A stretch of 64,000 bases of DNA from Chthonomonadales bacterium (GTDB taxonomy: Bacteria; Armatimonadota; Chthonomonadetes; Chthonomonadales; CAJBBX01), in the NCBI GenBank assembly GCA_049967475.1, contig JBMFSQ010000011.1, positions 32,001 through 96,000 on the forward strand, in the 5' to 3' direction. Below, piece by piece: positions 32,127-43,781 of the stretch. The notes beneath the pieces are model-generated. The model did no database searches. It saw nothing but the letters and a program-made list of their open reading frames with translations, and had not been told where the DNA came from. Made by a program: the position numbers and the translations under genes. Numbering within the stretch: the stretch's first letter is position 1; every line of letters starts with the position of its first letter.

Positions 32127-33305
32127 TTGGTACAACGTGCCCAGCGAATGGATCAGATCCCGCCTTACCTTTTTGGAGAAATCGCCCGCCTCAAAGCCAA
32201 AGCTCTGGCGGAAGGCAAAGATCTTATTGACCTCGGCATAGGCGACCCCGACCAGCCCACACCGACCCCCATTGTAGAGGCGCTCTGTGAGGCAGCTAAG
32301 GATCCCCGGACCCATCGTTATGATGAAACGCCCGCCGGAGAGCCCGAACTCCTGGAGGCCTTTTGCGCATGGTTCCGGCAGCGCTTCGGCGTGCAACTGG
32401 ATCCCGCAACCCAGGCTCTCCTTCTCATCGGGTCGAAGGAAGGATTGGCGCACCTTGCATGGGCGTATCTGGATCCCGGTGATGCTGCTTTGATCCCTGA
32501 TCCGGCTTACACGGTGTACCGCGTCAACACGCTCATGGCGGGCGCAGCGGTCATCCCCATGCCGCTGGAAGCTCACAACGGCTTCCTGCCGGACCTGGCA
32601 GCCATAGCGCCGGAGGACGCCCGGCGCGCCAAATTAATGTGGCTCAACTATCCGAACAACCCTACCGGCGCTGTGGCCACTCCGGACTTTTACCGCCGCG
32701 CCGTGGAGTTCTGCCGCACCCATGATCTCCTTTTGGTGAACGATGCAGCATATTCCGAGGTATGCTTCGATGGCTACACTTCGCCGTCGGTTCTGCAGGT
32801 TCCAGGCGCCCTCGATTGTGCCATCGAGTTCCATTCATTCTCCAAGATGTACAATATGACGGGATGGCGCATCGGCGTTGCCGTAGGGAACGCAGAAGCC
32901 ATCGCAGCGCTCAACAAGCTCAAATCCAACATCGATTCCAAACAGTTCGCTGCCGTATCCCGTGCGGCGGCCTTCGCCATCCGGAACCTGAACAACCAGC
33001 CTACGCTGGAACTCCTACGCGCGCGACGAGACATCCTTGTGAACGGGCTCAGGGCGTTGGGATGGGATGTTCCGTGTCCCCAGGCCACCTTTTACATTTG
33101 GGCGCCCGTGCCGACAGGCGAGAAGAGCATTCCCTTTGCCGGCCGCCTTCTGGAGGAGGCCGGGGTCCTGGTGATCCCCGGCATCGGGTACGGCCAGTAC
33201 GGCGAGGGATACGTGCGCATGTCTCTCACCGTTATGGGAGACCGCCAAGGGGAACGGTGCGCCGAGGCAGTCGAGCGCATCCGCCGCGCCGGCATCCTGG
33301 GGTGA
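32127..33305 (+). CDS. PLP class I aminotransferase, LL-diaminopimelate aminotransferase-like
   Basis: IPPYLF, DLGIGDPD, GSKEG, NYPNNPTG, SFSKMYNMTGWRIG; RBS GAGGAG. Confidence 0.88.
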   Translation: MVQRAQRMDQIPPYLFGEIARLKAKALAEGKDLIDLGIGDPDQPTPTPIVEALCEAAKDPRTHRYDETPAGEPELLEAFCAWFRQRFGVQLDPATQALLLIGSKEGLAHLAWAYLDPGDAALIPDPAYTVYRVNTLMAGAAVIPMPLEAHNGFLPDLAAIAPEDARRAKLMWLNYPNNPTGAVATPDFYRRAVEFCRTHDLLLVNDAAYSEVCFDGYTSPSVLQVPGALDCAIEFHSFSKMYNMTGWRIGVAVGNAEAIAALNKLKSNIDSKQFAAVSRAAAFAIRNLNNQPTLELLRARRDILVNGLRALGWDVPCPQATFYIWAPVPTGEKSIPFAGRLLEEAGVLVIPGIGYGQYGEGYVRMSLTVMGDRQGERCAEAVERIRRAGILG

Positions 33306-33311
33306 GGTCCT

Positions 33312-34604
33312 ATGCCTAGATCCGCCACACACGAAGTGTCGGCCAGAGAAAGTGCCGTGCTCGTCTGCGTGGAGAGCGACGATGCCGCTGAACCCTACGC
33401 AGCAGAGGAACTGATGTCCCTCGCAGACACGGCCGGCGCCGAGGTCGTGGGGATGCTCCATCAGCATCGAGCACAGCCCGATGCCGCGTACTACATCGGC
33501 AGGGGCAAGGCCGAAGAACTCGCCGCAACCGTAGCAGAGACCGGAGCCGACTTGGCGATCGTGGATCACGAGCTCTCGCCCATCCAGCAGCGCAATCTGC
33601 AGGATCTCGTGCAGTGCCGCGTAATTGATCGAACGCAGCTTATTTTGGACATCTTCGCCCAAAGGGCCCACACTCGAGAGGGAAAGCTGCAGGTTGAACT
33701 CGCCCAGCTTACCTACCTCCTCCCGAGGCTCATGAACCTCTACACCAAATTCGAGCGGCAACAGGGAGGCATCGGTGTGAGGGGCGGCGCCGGAGAAACC
33801 AAGCTGGAGATGGATCGGCGCAAGGTGCGCGATCGCATCGCCGATCTACAAGAGGAATTGGCGGAAGTACGGGGGCAGCGGAAGCAGCAGCGCACACAGC
33901 GCCGAAGGCTGCCTTTCCCTGCGGCGGCCCTGGTGGGATATACCAGCGCCGGCAAATCCACCCTCATGAACACTCTGTCCGGCGCCGGTGTCTACGTGGA
34001 TGCGCGCCTCTTCGCCACACTGGATCCCACCACACGCCGCGTTGTTTTGCCGGACGGATGGGGCATCCTCCTAACGGACACCGTCGGCTTCCTCCGCAAC
34101 CTCCCCCACGACCTGGTGGCAGCCTTCCATGCAACGCTCGAAGAAGTAACGGAGGTGGACTTCCTCATCCACGTGGTAGACGCCGCCCATCCCCAGATGG
34201 AATTGCAGCAGGCCGCAGTGTCGGACGTATTGACGGAAATAGGGGCCTCACAGAAACCGGTTGTTACCGTTTATAACAAGGCCGACCTCGTACGTGACCA
34301 GTACCGGCTGCGGGAGCTCGTAACACGGACACCCAACTCTTGCTATCTCTCGGCCCGCACCGCTGAGGGCATTCCCTATCTGATGGACCGCATCATGGTC
34401 ACCCTCCAATCGCTCCTGACGCCCATCGAGGCGGAGATCCCCTACGAGCACAGCGAACTCGTGGCCCAATGCTATGAGTACGGCCGGGTATTACGCGCAG
34501 AGTACGGCCACACGGCGATCCGCGTCGAAGCACAGGTGACCAAGGATCTGGCGGGGCGGCTCGCTCCCTTCCGCGTGCCTGCCCTCTACCGCACCCAGCC
34601 GTAA
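33312..34604 (+). CDS. hflX: Ribosome-splitting GTPase HflX
   Basis: [48 protein letters not shown]. Confidence 0.97.
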   Translation: MPRSATHEVSARESAVLVCVESDDAAEPYAAEELMSLADTAGAEVVGMLHQHRAQPDAAYYIGRGKAEELAATVAETGADLAIVDHELSPIQQRNLQDLVQCRVIDRTQLILDIFAQRAHTREGKLQVELAQLTYLLPRLMNLYTKFERQQGGIGVRGGAGETKLEMDRRKVRDRIADLQEELAEVRGQRKQQRTQRRRLPFPAAALVGYTSAGKSTLMNTLSGAGVYVDARLFATLDPTTRRVVLPDGWGILLTDTVGFLRNLPHDLVAAFHATLEEVTEVDFLIHVVDAAHPQMELQQAAVSDVLTEIGASQKPVVTVYNKADLVRDQYRLRELVTRTPNSCYLSARTAEGIPYLMDRIMVTLQSLLTPIEAEIPYEHSELVAQCYEYGRVLRAEYGHTAIRVEAQVTKDLAGRLAPFRVPALYRTQP

Positions 34605-34619
34605 CTCCCCGGCGAATTT

Positions 34620-35762
34620 CTAGCCCCTCCCCCCGATCATCTGCGGTTGAGGCATGGGCACGGTGTTGGTAATCTTGGCCGCACGCATCAACTCGGCCAT
34701 TTTCTGCTGTACGCGCTTCTGAAGCAGGTTCTGCAGGGCTTGCGCACGCTCGGGACCCGTCGTGTCTTTTCCGAGCCGGTTTACCTTGATGAGATGGTAG
34801 CCGAACACCGTCCGAACCGGGTCACTCACCTTGCCGGCCGGGAGCTCGAAGGCGACCTTGTCGAACTCGGGCACCATCTCGCCGCGAAGAAACAACCCCA
34901 AGGAGCCTTTGCGAAACTTGGTCCCCGCATCGTCGCTGTATCGCTGGGCAGCATCCTCAAAGCTGATCTTGCCGCTCTCGATTTCCTTCTTGTATTCCTG
35001 GATTTTGGCGAGGGCGTCCGCGTAGGACTTTTCTTTGTCGGCTGCGTTCTCGGCATTGGCCCGCACCAGGATGTGGCTGGCATCCACCCAGTCATCCGGC
35101 CCGATGCGGTGTCCCAGTCGCTTCTCGATGTCCCTTAGGACGAGCTTCTCCAGGTACAGCTCGGTAACGACACTCTCATTGAGCACAGCGGCCCGAAAGC
35201 CCACCGCCTTGAGGATTGCGGCATCGGATGCATTCTCGCGGTGATAAGTGCGCCGGGCAGTGTCGAAGGCCTGCTTGGTCCGCGCTTCGATCTCTTGTTT
35301 CGTGAGGGTGATCCCGGCCTTCTTGGCTGCCTGCGCCACGACACGCTCTTGGATGAGCCTTTGCACTGTCTGCGCAAGGATCGGCGGCTTATCTGTAAAG
35401 AGAAAGTTGACGATGGCAGCGCGCGTAACCGTTACGGGCTTCCATCCGTTGGCAGCCATGCGCTGAAGCACGTAGGCACCAACCGACCCGGCTGCGCCAC
35501 GCTGGTACTTCGCTCCGATGAACATAGGATCCGTCACGGCGAGCTGGGCCATCTGATCTGCCAGAACCGTCTCTGCAACTTCGCTGCGCGTGATGGGTTC
35601 CCCGTTCACAGTAGCCACCACTCCGGTGGGAGATGGGGTTTTGGGCGGAGTTCCAGAACGGTGTCCGGGCCGTCCTCCGCTGGCGGCCGCCGCAGTTACC
35701 GGCAGCAAACCCGCAATGAGGATTGCAGGCATCAACACTGCGCGCCGAAGATTAGGCGTCAA
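34620..35762 (-). CDS. Parvulin-type peptidyl-prolyl isomerase (SurA/PrsA-like)
   Basis: ASHILV, FEDAA.RYSDD, GSLG.F.RG.MVPEF, FGYHLIK; RBS AAGGAG before TTG. Confidence 0.9.
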   Translation of the reverse strand: MTPNLRRAVLMPAILIAGLLPVTAAAASGGRPGHRSGTPPKTPSPTGVVATVNGEPITRSEVAETVLADQMAQLAVTDPMFIGAKYQRGAAGSVGAYVLQRMAANGWKPVTVTRAAIVNFLFTDKPPILAQTVQRLIQERVVAQAAKKAGITLTKQEIEARTKQAFDTARRTYHRENASDAAILKAVGFRAAVLNESVVTELYLEKLVLRDIEKRLGHRIGPDDWVDASHILVRANAENAADKEKSYADALAKIQEYKKEIESGKISFEDAAQRYSDDAGTKFRKGSLGLFLRGEMVPEFDKVAFELPAGKVSDPVRTVFGYHLIKVNRLGKDTTGPERAQALQNLLQKRVQQKMAELMRAAKITNTVPMPQPQMIGGRG

Positions 35763-35811
35763 TGGGCTTCTCCTTTCCTTTGCTTGGGTCAAAGGGAGTG
35801 ATGTGCCTATG

Positions 35812-36342
35812 TTAGCCCACAGCATGTTCTGCGGTCAACCCATCCCTGTGCGCAGAATGTTTCTTCCGCTGGTTGCCAGCAGCAGGTTTGGGTGCCTTCG
35901 CCAGCACCTCCTTGGTGAGCCTGAGGAAATCCTCTGCATTGTGGTACCCCGTCTCAGACCGAAGCACCTTCCCATCGGGCGTTAGGAAAAGGGTGGTAGG
36001 AACAGCCTCCACACCATATTTCTGGGCAAGCTTACCCTCTTTGTCCACATCAATCAGCACGGGCACAAACCGGCCCATCTGCTTCACGACCGCCTTGTCA
36101 CGATAGGTAGTCTTGAGCATCGCCTGACAAGGCCCACACCATTCGGCGTAGAAATCCACCAGCATTATCTTGCGCTGTTTGGCAGCCACCTTGGCGGCTT
36201 CCGAAAGTGACGTCTTCCAGGGGATGGGGCCGTGAAGCTTGGAAGCCGTGTCATCCCCCTGCGCCCTCGGCGCCAAAGACGCACCCAGCACCAGCACCGC
36301 CATACCCGCGATTACCCGACTTCCCAGACATTGTGTTGCCAA
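35812..36342 (-). CDS. Exported thioredoxin-family protein
   Basis: VDFYAEWCGPC, VPT; signal peptide; RBS GGAGG. Confidence 0.88.
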   Translation of the reverse strand: MATQCLGSRVIAGMAVLVLGASLAPRAQGDDTASKLHGPIPWKTSLSEAAKVAAKQRKIMLVDFYAEWCGPCQAMLKTTYRDKAVVKQMGRFVPVLIDVDKEGKLAQKYGVEAVPTTLFLTPDGKVLRSETGYHNAEDFLRLTKEVLAKAPKPAAGNQRKKHSAHRDGLTAEHAVG

Positions 36343-36430
36343 CTCATTGCCTCCCTTCGTTCGCACCCGCAAACGGAGCGCGTGCTGGGTTACCATTCGG
36401 AAAAACTGCCTGGGATGGTTCCCGCACGCG

Positions 36431-38797
36431 TCAGCGCACGGGCGGCGTCAAGGGAATGGGGCCGCGGTCCTCGGGTTGATCGAAGAAGAGGGGCCCGATG
36501 TGGTAGTGGGCCAGGAAGAGCATCTGGGCAAATTGCTCCCGCGTAACGGGCGCCTGGGGCCGGAAAAGCTTCCGGCCGTCGGGGCTGTAGCAGTTAAAGT
36601 CCCACAGCCCGCTGTCTATCCAGTGCGCATAGAGCGCTTCAGCGGCATCGTAGTAGGGGCTGCCCGGACCTACATCGGCATAATGGGGCGCGGCTCCCGG
36701 GCGTAGAGGAGCCTGCGGCCGGTCATCCCACCCCATGAAGGAAGCCAGCATCCGAGCCGCTTCTCCACGGGTCAATATCCCTGAGCGCGCAGTGGAAGGA
36801 ACGGGCGGGCCCGTCTCGCCGCAGGCGGCCCGGCGGTTCGCCATGAGTGCGAGCAGGCGTGCCGCTTCATGGTAGGTCATGGCTGCCTGAGGGCGGAATG
36901 GCGCTGCGTACATCCCGGATGAGGCAGTCCGGGGTTCCACGTGGGGGCAAGGGTAGAAGCCTCGCGCTGCCAGCCATTGAATGGGGAGGAAGCGGGGCTC
37001 TTCGGGCCGTACATCAGGGAAGTAGTACAGATAGGCCGCGACAGCGCACGGACCCGGCGCGCCGATGCCATCCCTCGCGTTCACCCCGGCAGGGGCTATA
37101 CGGCCTTTGAGAAGTTCCATCTGGATCTGCCGTACCGGCACCTCACGTGGCGCAAGGCCATATCGGCGGCAGAGCCAACAGGCAATACCCACAGCCTCCC
37201 CGAACTCCATGCGGATGGGTTCCAGGCGAAAGGTGCCGTATGCCACATGCGTGGCGGACACCGCAGTAGGAACGAACAGATTGTCCACCCGCTGTGGGAT
37301 CATCATTCCATAGGGTACCTGGTGCCACGGCGTCCATTGAGGAAGGTAGAACTCGCCTTCCCCCATGTCCGGCGTGGACCAGTTGGTCTTTGGCTCCACG
37401 GCGTGGGAATCCATGGGATAGTCGGCGATGCCGATGGCATCGGGGCGTGCCACCCATCGAGCATAGGCAACATCGTGCTCATCCAGAGTGATGTCCGCCT
37501 TGAAGCGGCGGGCCTCGCGGATATATAGGAGCTGGGGCCACCCGTCGCTATCGCGGTAATCATCCTCCGAGAGCCCAAGGTTCTTATGCCCCTCGACTGT
37601 CTGCAAATAGTAGAGATATCCCAGGTCGTGCCGGCGGTAGAGTTCTTCGATGCGGCGGCGCTGGGCATACGAAGCCGTGGGGTAGGGATAGTTCACAACC
37701 TGAAGGTCGCTCCCTTGGGGATGTTGGTTGATCTCGAATTTGTCGTTGGGAAGCCGTCCGCTGGACACCGCCCAGGTCTGTTCCCACTTGGGAGCATGCT
37801 CGTACTTGCGCGGGTCATACCCCGGGGGTTCGGGGATCGTCTTGTCCGAACCGGGCCCAAAGTCCTTCACCACCATGAGGTAAGCGTAAGCCTGAACGCG
37901 GCGGTCTCCCCGGCCTGTGCTTCCCGGCAACGCGGTGTCGGTCGCCCGATCATAGAAGATATAGCCGGCGTGGGGCTCTCTGAGGGATCGAGGCTCCCGG
38001 CCCACACGGAAGGGCGCCCCGGCCCATGCAGCCACATCGCCCGTGTCCGTGGCGTCTACCACTAGGCTTGGTTCGAATACAACCTTGCGCCCTCTGGGAA
38101 CTTCTTCTGCGCGCACCTGAACGATGCGTCCGTGCGACACCTTAACCCCAGTCGGACGCAGTTCTCGGTAGACCAACGCCGGCGTGGCCCAGAGCAGCTC
38201 CTTCATGGCTTGTTGGGCCACCCTCGGTTCATAACGGAGGCCGTCTCCGCCATGGTAGAGCTTCACGATGGTTCGGCGAAACTCCTCGAAAAAGCCGCTG
38301 GAGTGCTCCTGCATCCTCAAATCGGTAGAACCCAAGCCGTTGGCCGGCATCCCGCCGATGCGGCGCGTCTCCTCGATCAGAACGGTCTTGAGCCCATACC
38401 TTGCTGCGGTTACCGCAGCCGCGACGCCCGCTGTGGTGGCACCCACAACCAGCACATCACACCGCACCACAGGCTCTAGCACAGGATAGGAACGTTCTAT
38501 ATAGGCGTCGCTCACTGCCCGGTGTTGTTCGCCATCCACCGCCGTCACCTGGTACCGATAGGTTGTGCCTGGGCGCACGGAATGGTCGTCATATTGCGTC
38601 GCGCCGCGGTCCACTCTGGCTAGAAGCGCGCCATCGCGCAGCACTTCATAACCCGCTGCGCCGGACACTCCATTCCAATAGACACGGATCAGCCTTTCTC
38701 CCCTTGCTGCCGCCTCCACCGCAGTAGGCGCTTCCAGGGCACCACAGGGCGCCTGCATGAGCAGAAAAGCCGCTGGGATCCAACAGAATGCTTTCAT
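36431..38797 (-). CDS. Secreted FAD-dependent oxidoreductase with FN3 and SLH-like domains
   Basis: DVLVVGATTAGVAAA, DATDTGD, YIREARR, SATHVAYG..RLEP; C-terminal FRPQAPVTREQFA SLH-like motifs. Confidence 0.85.
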   Translation of the reverse strand: MKAFCWIPAAFLLMQAPCGALEAPTAVEAAARGERLIRVYWNGVSGAAGYEVLRDGALLARVDRGATQYDDHSVRPGTTYRYQVTAVDGEQHRAVSDAYIERSYPVLEPVVRCDVLVVGATTAGVAAAVTAARYGLKTVLIEETRRIGGMPANGLGSTDLRMQEHSSGFFEEFRRTIVKLYHGGDGLRYEPRVAQQAMKELLWATPALVYRELRPTGVKVSHGRIVQVRAEEVPRGRKVVFEPSLVVDATDTGDVAAWAGAPFRVGREPRSLREPHAGYIFYDRATDTALPGSTGRGDRRVQAYAYLMVVKDFGPGSDKTIPEPPGYDPRKYEHAPKWEQTWAVSSGRLPNDKFEINQHPQGSDLQVVNYPYPTASYAQRRRIEELYRRHDLGYLYYLQTVEGHKNLGLSEDDYRDSDGWPQLLYIREARRFKADITLDEHDVAYARWVARPDAIGIADYPMDSHAVEPKTNWSTPDMGEGEFYLPQWTPWHQVPYGMMIPQRVDNLFVPTAVSATHVAYGTFRLEPIRMEFGEAVGIACWLCRRYGLAPREVPVRQIQMELLKGRIAPAGVNARDGIGAPGPCAVAAYLYYFPDVRPEEPRFLPIQWLAARGFYPCPHVEPRTASSGMYAAPFRPQAAMTYHEAARLLALMANRRAACGETGPPVPSTARSGILTRGEAARMLASFMGWDDRPQAPLRPGAAPHYADVGPGSPYYDAAEALYAHWIDSGLWDFNCYSPDGRKLFRPQAPVTREQFAQMLFLAHYHIGPLFFDQPEDRGPIPLTPPVR

Positions 38798-38827
38798 CCG
38801 TCACCCCGCCTCACCTGAATTAGGCAT

Positions 38828-39310
38828 TTAGATGTCGTCCTCCGAAGGTTGAGCCGTGAACCGGCAGCGCAGAACCGCACCCATCAATTCTGCCGGCCTC
38901 CACATGACGCCCGGGCAGAAGAAGAGCGCATCGCCCGAATTGAGCGTCACCCGTACCCAGGTCTCTGGTATGCCTCCTGCACCGGAAGACAACGAGAAAT
39001 CGAGATGCGACCCAGGGACGAGCTCGATCCTGTATTCCCCTTCGAGCACCACGTCCGCCCAAAGGCTCCGGCAGTTTTGTGCGGAGTAGGCCCGCGGATC
39101 CCGCAGAACTTCCCGGCCGGCGGCCCTTCCACCAAGATCCGCCACACGCGTCTCACGGCAGAACTCGGCAGACAGGCAGGAACCGAGCAAGTCGTCGGCT
39201 ATGGTGCGCACCAACCTCTCCATTGCGGAGGCGTCCAGTTCGATGCGCCTGCGCACGAAGTAACCGGCCCGTTCGAACAGATTGAGCTCGAGGCCCGTTG
39301 CTTCCCTCAT
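38828..39310 (-). CDS. Hypothetical protein
   Basis: Co-oriented ORF filling the gap between sulfatase and oxidoreductase genes. Confidence 0.55.
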   Translation of the reverse strand: MREATGLELNLFERAGYFVRRRIELDASAMERLVRTIADDLLGSCLSAEFCRETRVADLGGRAAGREVLRDPRAYSAQNCRSLWADVVLEGEYRIELVPGSHLDFSLSSGAGGIPETWVRVTLNSGDALFFCPGVMWRPAELMGAVLRCRFTAQPSEDDI

Positions 39311-39336
39311 TTCGTTGCCATTACGGATTGCCTAGG

Positions 39337-40776
39337 TCAATCTGTGTAGGGCACCGTCCCCGTTGCGTCTACGCGGTACCCCCACTTGCGGATATACTCG
39401 CCGGCTGGAAGGAACATGTCTCCAGTCTGCCTGAGCTTCTTTCTCAGAACCTGTTCCAGCCTGGCCTGGATGCGGGCCGCCTCGGGCGTATTCACCAGAT
39501 TGTGCATCTGGTACGGATCCTTCACATTGTCGAAGAGCAGCCACGGGCCGTTCAGATCCCGCGCATAGGTATAACGTCTGGTGCGGATTGCTCGGTATTC
39601 CCGGCCGCCGTGGGCGCGGTCCCACTGCCCGAACGGGGCCGGGCACGAGATGAGCGCGGCTCCATCGGACGGGTCCGGGCCGCCTGTGAGATACCGGGAG
39701 TAATCCGTGCCTTCTACGGACGGCGGAACCGGGATGTGGCAGAGGCCCAGCAGCGTGGGAAGGATGTCCTCCGTTTGCATAGGAGCGGATAGACATAGCG
39801 CCTTGCGGCCCAGCCTCACCGGCCAATGGACCAGGAGCGGCACCCGGGCAGATTCCTCCCAGGGCTGCTGCTTCTTCTGGCTCCCATGCGAGTAGAGCAT
39901 ATCCCCGTGATCCGACGTGAAGATCAAGAGCACATCTTCTTCGATGCCCGCCTCCTTGCAGGCATCCCAAAGCCTACCGAAGCACTCGTCCAGAGCCGTA
40001 CAGTGGGCATAATACCCTGCCAGATCCCGGCGTGCGGCTTCCTCATCCTGTGCTGGAACGTTTGGGCGAAGATGCAGCCGCTTGGGATCGTAAAGTGCGC
40101 GGAAGCGCGGGGGCGCCGTACCGTAGGGCTCGTGGGGCGGTCCCCACGAAAGGACCAAAAGGAATGGAGCTCGCCCCCTGGCCCTCGATTGGATCAGCCG
40201 CACAGCATCGTCCGTTTGCGCCTCGGCATCGTAACCGGGCCACCAGCGCTTTACCGGTTCATCGGCATAGTAGGCCGAATGATTGTAATCGTGGGTACAT
40301 TCCAAGGCTTTCCAGTAGCGGAAGCCCTGCCGCCGCTCTGCGGGGATGAACGCCGAGCGCCCGTGGCCATCCACATGCCACTTGCCGATGTAGGCTGTGT
40401 AGTAACCCGCCCGGGCGAAGATCTTCGCCATGCTCTCTTCAGCAGGGTTCAGGGGGACGTCATTCATGAAGACGCCATGGGAAAGAGCCCTTCGCCCCGT
40501 TAGCAAAGAAGCCCTGGCCGGGCAGCAAACCGGTACGGTGGATACGGCGTTTGCCATTTGGACGCTCTCACGCGCAAAGCGATCCAGGTTCGGGGTCCTT
40601 ACGTCCTTGTTGCCTGCGAAGCCGAAAGCCTCCTGCCTCCACTGGTCGGCCATGACGAGGATAACGGAAGGAGGTCTGCCAGACCGCGAGAGAGGCTCGT
40701 CCGGGGCAGCCGCAATCGGCCCCGCAGAAGCCAAGGCGGAGGCAAGGGTGAGGGCAGCAGCGTTCACGATGCGCAT
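39337..40776 (-). CDS. Cys-type sulfatase
   Basis: [25 protein letters not shown]. Confidence 0.95.
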   Translation of the reverse strand: MRIVNAAALTLASALASAGPIAAAPDEPLSRSGRPPSVILVMADQWRQEAFGFAGNKDVRTPNLDRFARESVQMANAVSTVPVCCPARASLLTGRRALSHGVFMNDVPLNPAEESMAKIFARAGYYTAYIGKWHVDGHGRSAFIPAERRQGFRYWKALECTHDYNHSAYYADEPVKRWWPGYDAEAQTDDAVRLIQSRARGRAPFLLVLSWGPPHEPYGTAPPRFRALYDPKRLHLRPNVPAQDEEAARRDLAGYYAHCTALDECFGRLWDACKEAGIEEDVLLIFTSDHGDMLYSHGSQKKQQPWEESARVPLLVHWPVRLGRKALCLSAPMQTEDILPTLLGLCHIPVPPSVEGTDYSRYLTGGPDPSDGAALISCPAPFGQWDRAHGGREYRAIRTRRYTYARDLNGPWLLFDNVKDPYQMHNLVNTPEAARIQARLEQVLRKKLRQTGDMFLPAGEYIRKWGYRVDATGTVPYTD

Positions 40777-40924
40777 CCTCCCGAGAAATGGGTCGGCATG
40801 TCAGTTCAACGAAGTTCCTCGTGATCCCTGTTTCTACCGAGGAGATGCTACCCCCCAGGCCGAATATAGAACGGCGGGTTTCAAGCCCGGGCATCACATT
40901 TTCGAGAAGGACACCTACCCCACG

Positions 40925-42031
40925 ATGACATTGGAAAAGGTACGCATCGGGTGCATCGGCGTCGGCCAGATTGCCAAGCACCACCTGGAACAGTACAGCC
41001 GCATCGAAGGCGCCGAAGTGGTGGCGGCAGCGGATATCAACGAACAAGAGCTTCACGCTGTAGCGGACCGCTTCAACATTCCGCACCGATATACCGATTT
41101 CCGCGAGCTCCTCAAGCGCGACGATATCCAAAGCGTGGATGTATGCCTCCATAACAACCTCCACGCACCCGTTACCATCGCAGCTCTCGAAGCCGGAAAG
41201 AACGTCTATTGCGAGAAGCCCATGGCAGGAGCCTACCGGGACGCACTGGCCATGTACCGGGCCGCCAAAGACACGGGCCGGATGCTCTCCATTCAGCTTT
41301 CCACCCTCTTCTCCAAAGAGACCAAAATGGCCAAGAAGCTCATTGACGACGGCCACCTGGGCAGGATCTATCACGCTCGTTCCACGGGGTTTCGGCGCCG
41401 CGGCCGCCCGTACGTGGATGGGTACGGCACCGCATCGTTCGTCAAGAAGGAGATTGCTGCCGGGGGAGCCCTCTACGACATGGGTGTGTACCACATCGCG
41501 CGCATCCTCTACCTGTTGGGCCTGCCCAAGGTGGAGCGCATCAGCGGAAAGACCTATCAGGAAACAGGCATGGACGAGGCGCGCCGATCCGCCAGCGGCT
41601 ACAACGTAGAGGAATTGGGCCTCGGCTTCGTCAAGCTGGAGCAAGGCATCACAGTGGACATCATCGAAGCGTGGGCCATGCACCTGGGAGGTTTGGAAGG
41701 CTCTTCCATCCTTGGCTCCAAAGGCGGCATCCGGCTGGAACCTTTCAGCTTCCACACCACGCTCAGCGACATCGAGATGAACGCCACATTTGAGGTGGAC
41801 CAAACGGACTGGCGATGGCACCAATTGGATCCGACGCAGGCTGCCTACGACTCGCCTCAACACCACTGGATTGCAGCTCAGCAGGGAAGGGTGCCGCTTC
41901 TACCCACAGCCGAGGCAGCGTTGGCCACGATGCTCGTGTCCGAGGGGATCTATCTGTCGGACCGGCTGGGCCGCGAAGTGACCGCCGATGAGGTCGAAGC
42001 CATGTCCCAAAGTACTGCCATGAAAGTTTAA
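40925..42031 (+). CDS. Gfo/Idh/MocA oxidoreductase
   Basis: [26 protein letters not shown]. Confidence 0.93.
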   Translation: MTLEKVRIGCIGVGQIAKHHLEQYSRIEGAEVVAAADINEQELHAVADRFNIPHRYTDFRELLKRDDIQSVDVCLHNNLHAPVTIAALEAGKNVYCEKPMAGAYRDALAMYRAAKDTGRMLSIQLSTLFSKETKMAKKLIDDGHLGRIYHARSTGFRRRGRPYVDGYGTASFVKKEIAAGGALYDMGVYHIARILYLLGLPKVERISGKTYQETGMDEARRSASGYNVEELGLGFVKLEQGITVDIIEAWAMHLGGLEGSSILGSKGGIRLEPFSFHTTLSDIEMNATFEVDQTDWRWHQLDPTQAAYDSPQHHWIAAQQGRVPLLPTAEAALATMLVSEGIYLSDRLGREVTADEVEAMSQSTAMKV

Positions 42032-42621
42032 CCTTCTGCACGGCACATCGGGCACAGGTCGCCCTGGAGGGGATGCAGACGGCCACACCGGGCGCATCTC
42101 CTCCATCCATGGGCTTCCCTCCAGATGCGCAGCCGCACTTCCCGCTCCAAGCGCGCCCGCACAGCTAGGCGAATGCGAGCATCGGATATCGCCGCCAAGT
42201 CGCGCTCCTGCGCGCGCAGCCACGCCGCATCCGCCGCCGAGATCTGGATTGCAGCCAATTCCTCCTCGGTCGGCGATAAGTGTGTCTGTTCGTCCGCCGC
42301 CCGGCGAACTCCCTTCGCGCGAAATACAATATTGCGGATCACGGGGGCCCCGATGCGCGCGTTGAGGCGAGCAATGATGGCAGCCTTGTAGAATGCCAGT
42401 TCCTGCGAATGGGTAGCGCTCTTCGTATTCACAAAAAGCACGCCATCGCGCACCTCCACAGCCTCCGATGCCGCGGCCATCTGGGACCCAGCCACTTCCG
42501 CCCAATACGCAAGAGCCATGCTCTCACGTACGCGGGTGGAACTGTCCATTCCTTCCAGCAGCCTCTCCAGCGTACTCCGCAATGAATTCGTTTGCGCTTT
42601 CCGCATGAACAAAGCCCTCAT
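42028..42621 (-). CDS. dciA: DUF721/DciA-family protein with C-terminal zinc finger
   Basis: W.EVAG...A..SE...VRDGVLFV...S...SQEL; CARC..CPMC; ATGA-coupled to recF. Confidence 0.82.
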   Translation of the reverse strand: MRALFMRKAQTNSLRSTLERLLEGMDSSTRVRESMALAYWAEVAGSQMAAASEAVEVRDGVLFVNTKSATHSQELAFYKAAIIARLNARIGAPVIRNIVFRAKGVRRAADEQTHLSPTEEELAAIQISAADAAWLRAQERDLAAISDARIRLAVRARLEREVRLRIWREAHGWRRCARCGRLHPLQGDLCPMCRAEG

Positions 42622-43748
42622 TCGCTTTGGTGACGACAGCAAAGATGAACTTCGCCTGCCTCCACCTGCCAAATTGCCGCGTCCGCCACGACGTCTCCAG
42701 GCAATGCATCCGTAGATGTGCAGGTAAGAAAAACCTGGCACCGGCGCATAACCCAGTCCATCAGGTGCAGGCGCCGCTTCTCGTCCAACTCGCTCAGTAC
42801 GTCATCCAAAAGAACGACCGGCGCCTCCTTGAGGGCCTCCCGCATCATCTGAAACTGGGCAAGTTTGAGGCTCAGCGTGGCGGTGCGCTGTTGGCCGTTG
42901 GACGCGTACTGCCGGGCATCCCATCCGTTGATGGTTATCGCAAGATCGTCCCGCTGGGGACCCGTCAGCGTCTGGCCGCGGTGTCGCTCGGCTAGCGCGG
43001 TTCTGCGAAGCTCCTCGCGGAAGGCCTGGCGGATCTGCGCTTCATCCCCGTCGGCAGCGATCCCTGAAAGGTACTTCACCTCCAGGATCTCGCCATCCTC
43101 CGTGAGCTCCGCGTGGATCCTGCGCGCGATGGGCGCAAGCTGTTGGATGAAAAAGCGCCGCTTCTGAATGAGCGGAGCCCCGTGCTGCACCAATTGGTCA
43201 TTCCAGGCTTCGAGGACGCTCGCCAGTTCCGGCCGCTCAGGCAGGTCTCGAAGGATACGGTTCCGCTGTTCCAGGGCCTTTTTATATTGGGCAAACTCAT
43301 GAAGATACCGTGGGCTCATCTGGCTGATCTCAACGTTTAGGAACCTCCGCCGGTCCGACGGTTCCCCCGACACGATTGCCAAGTCCTGGCCAAAAAACGT
43401 TACCGCGTTTAGGTTTCCGAGAAGCTCTAAGACCCTGGGTCTGGCAGAACCGTTGATGCGCACGCGCTTTGTATCCGTAGGCAAAAGGATCAACTCCAGC
43501 GTAACGTCGGGACTGTTCTCTTTGGCTACCTCGGCGCGGATCTGGGCACTCTCTGCTCCATGCCGGATGGCTTCGGCGTCACGGCTGCCGCGGAAGGAGC
43601 GCGTAGTAGCCAACAGATATACGGCTTCCAAGAGGTTGGTCTTACCCTGGGCGTTCTTGCCCGCAAGCACATTGATCCCGGCGCAGGGCTCCATGACCAA
43701 GTGCGTGTAATTGCGGAAGTTTTGGAGTTGGAGCTGCTTCAGTTGCAT
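42618..43748 (-). CDS. recF: DNA replication/repair protein RecF
   Basis: NFRNY, GKNAQGKTNLLEA, GPQRDDL, SNGQQR, LLDDVLSELD. Confidence 0.97.
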   Translation of the reverse strand: MQLKQLQLQNFRNYTHLVMEPCAGINVLAGKNAQGKTNLLEAVYLLATTRSFRGSRDAEAIRHGAESAQIRAEVAKENSPDVTLELILLPTDTKRVRINGSARPRVLELLGNLNAVTFFGQDLAIVSGEPSDRRRFLNVEISQMSPRYLHEFAQYKKALEQRNRILRDLPERPELASVLEAWNDQLVQHGAPLIQKRRFFIQQLAPIARRIHAELTEDGEILEVKYLSGIAADGDEAQIRQAFREELRRTALAERHRGQTLTGPQRDDLAITINGWDARQYASNGQQRTATLSLKLAQFQMMREALKEAPVVLLDDVLSELDEKRRLHLMDWVMRRCQVFLTCTSTDALPGDVVADAAIWQVEAGEVHLCCRHQSE

Positions 43749-43781
43749 TCGATGTGCCGGCAAGACTTAGGGTCCCGCGCA

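Noticed and set aside
36934..36945. parS-like GTTCCACGTGG
   Set aside because: Only a partial match, inside a CDS, and no ParB in the window
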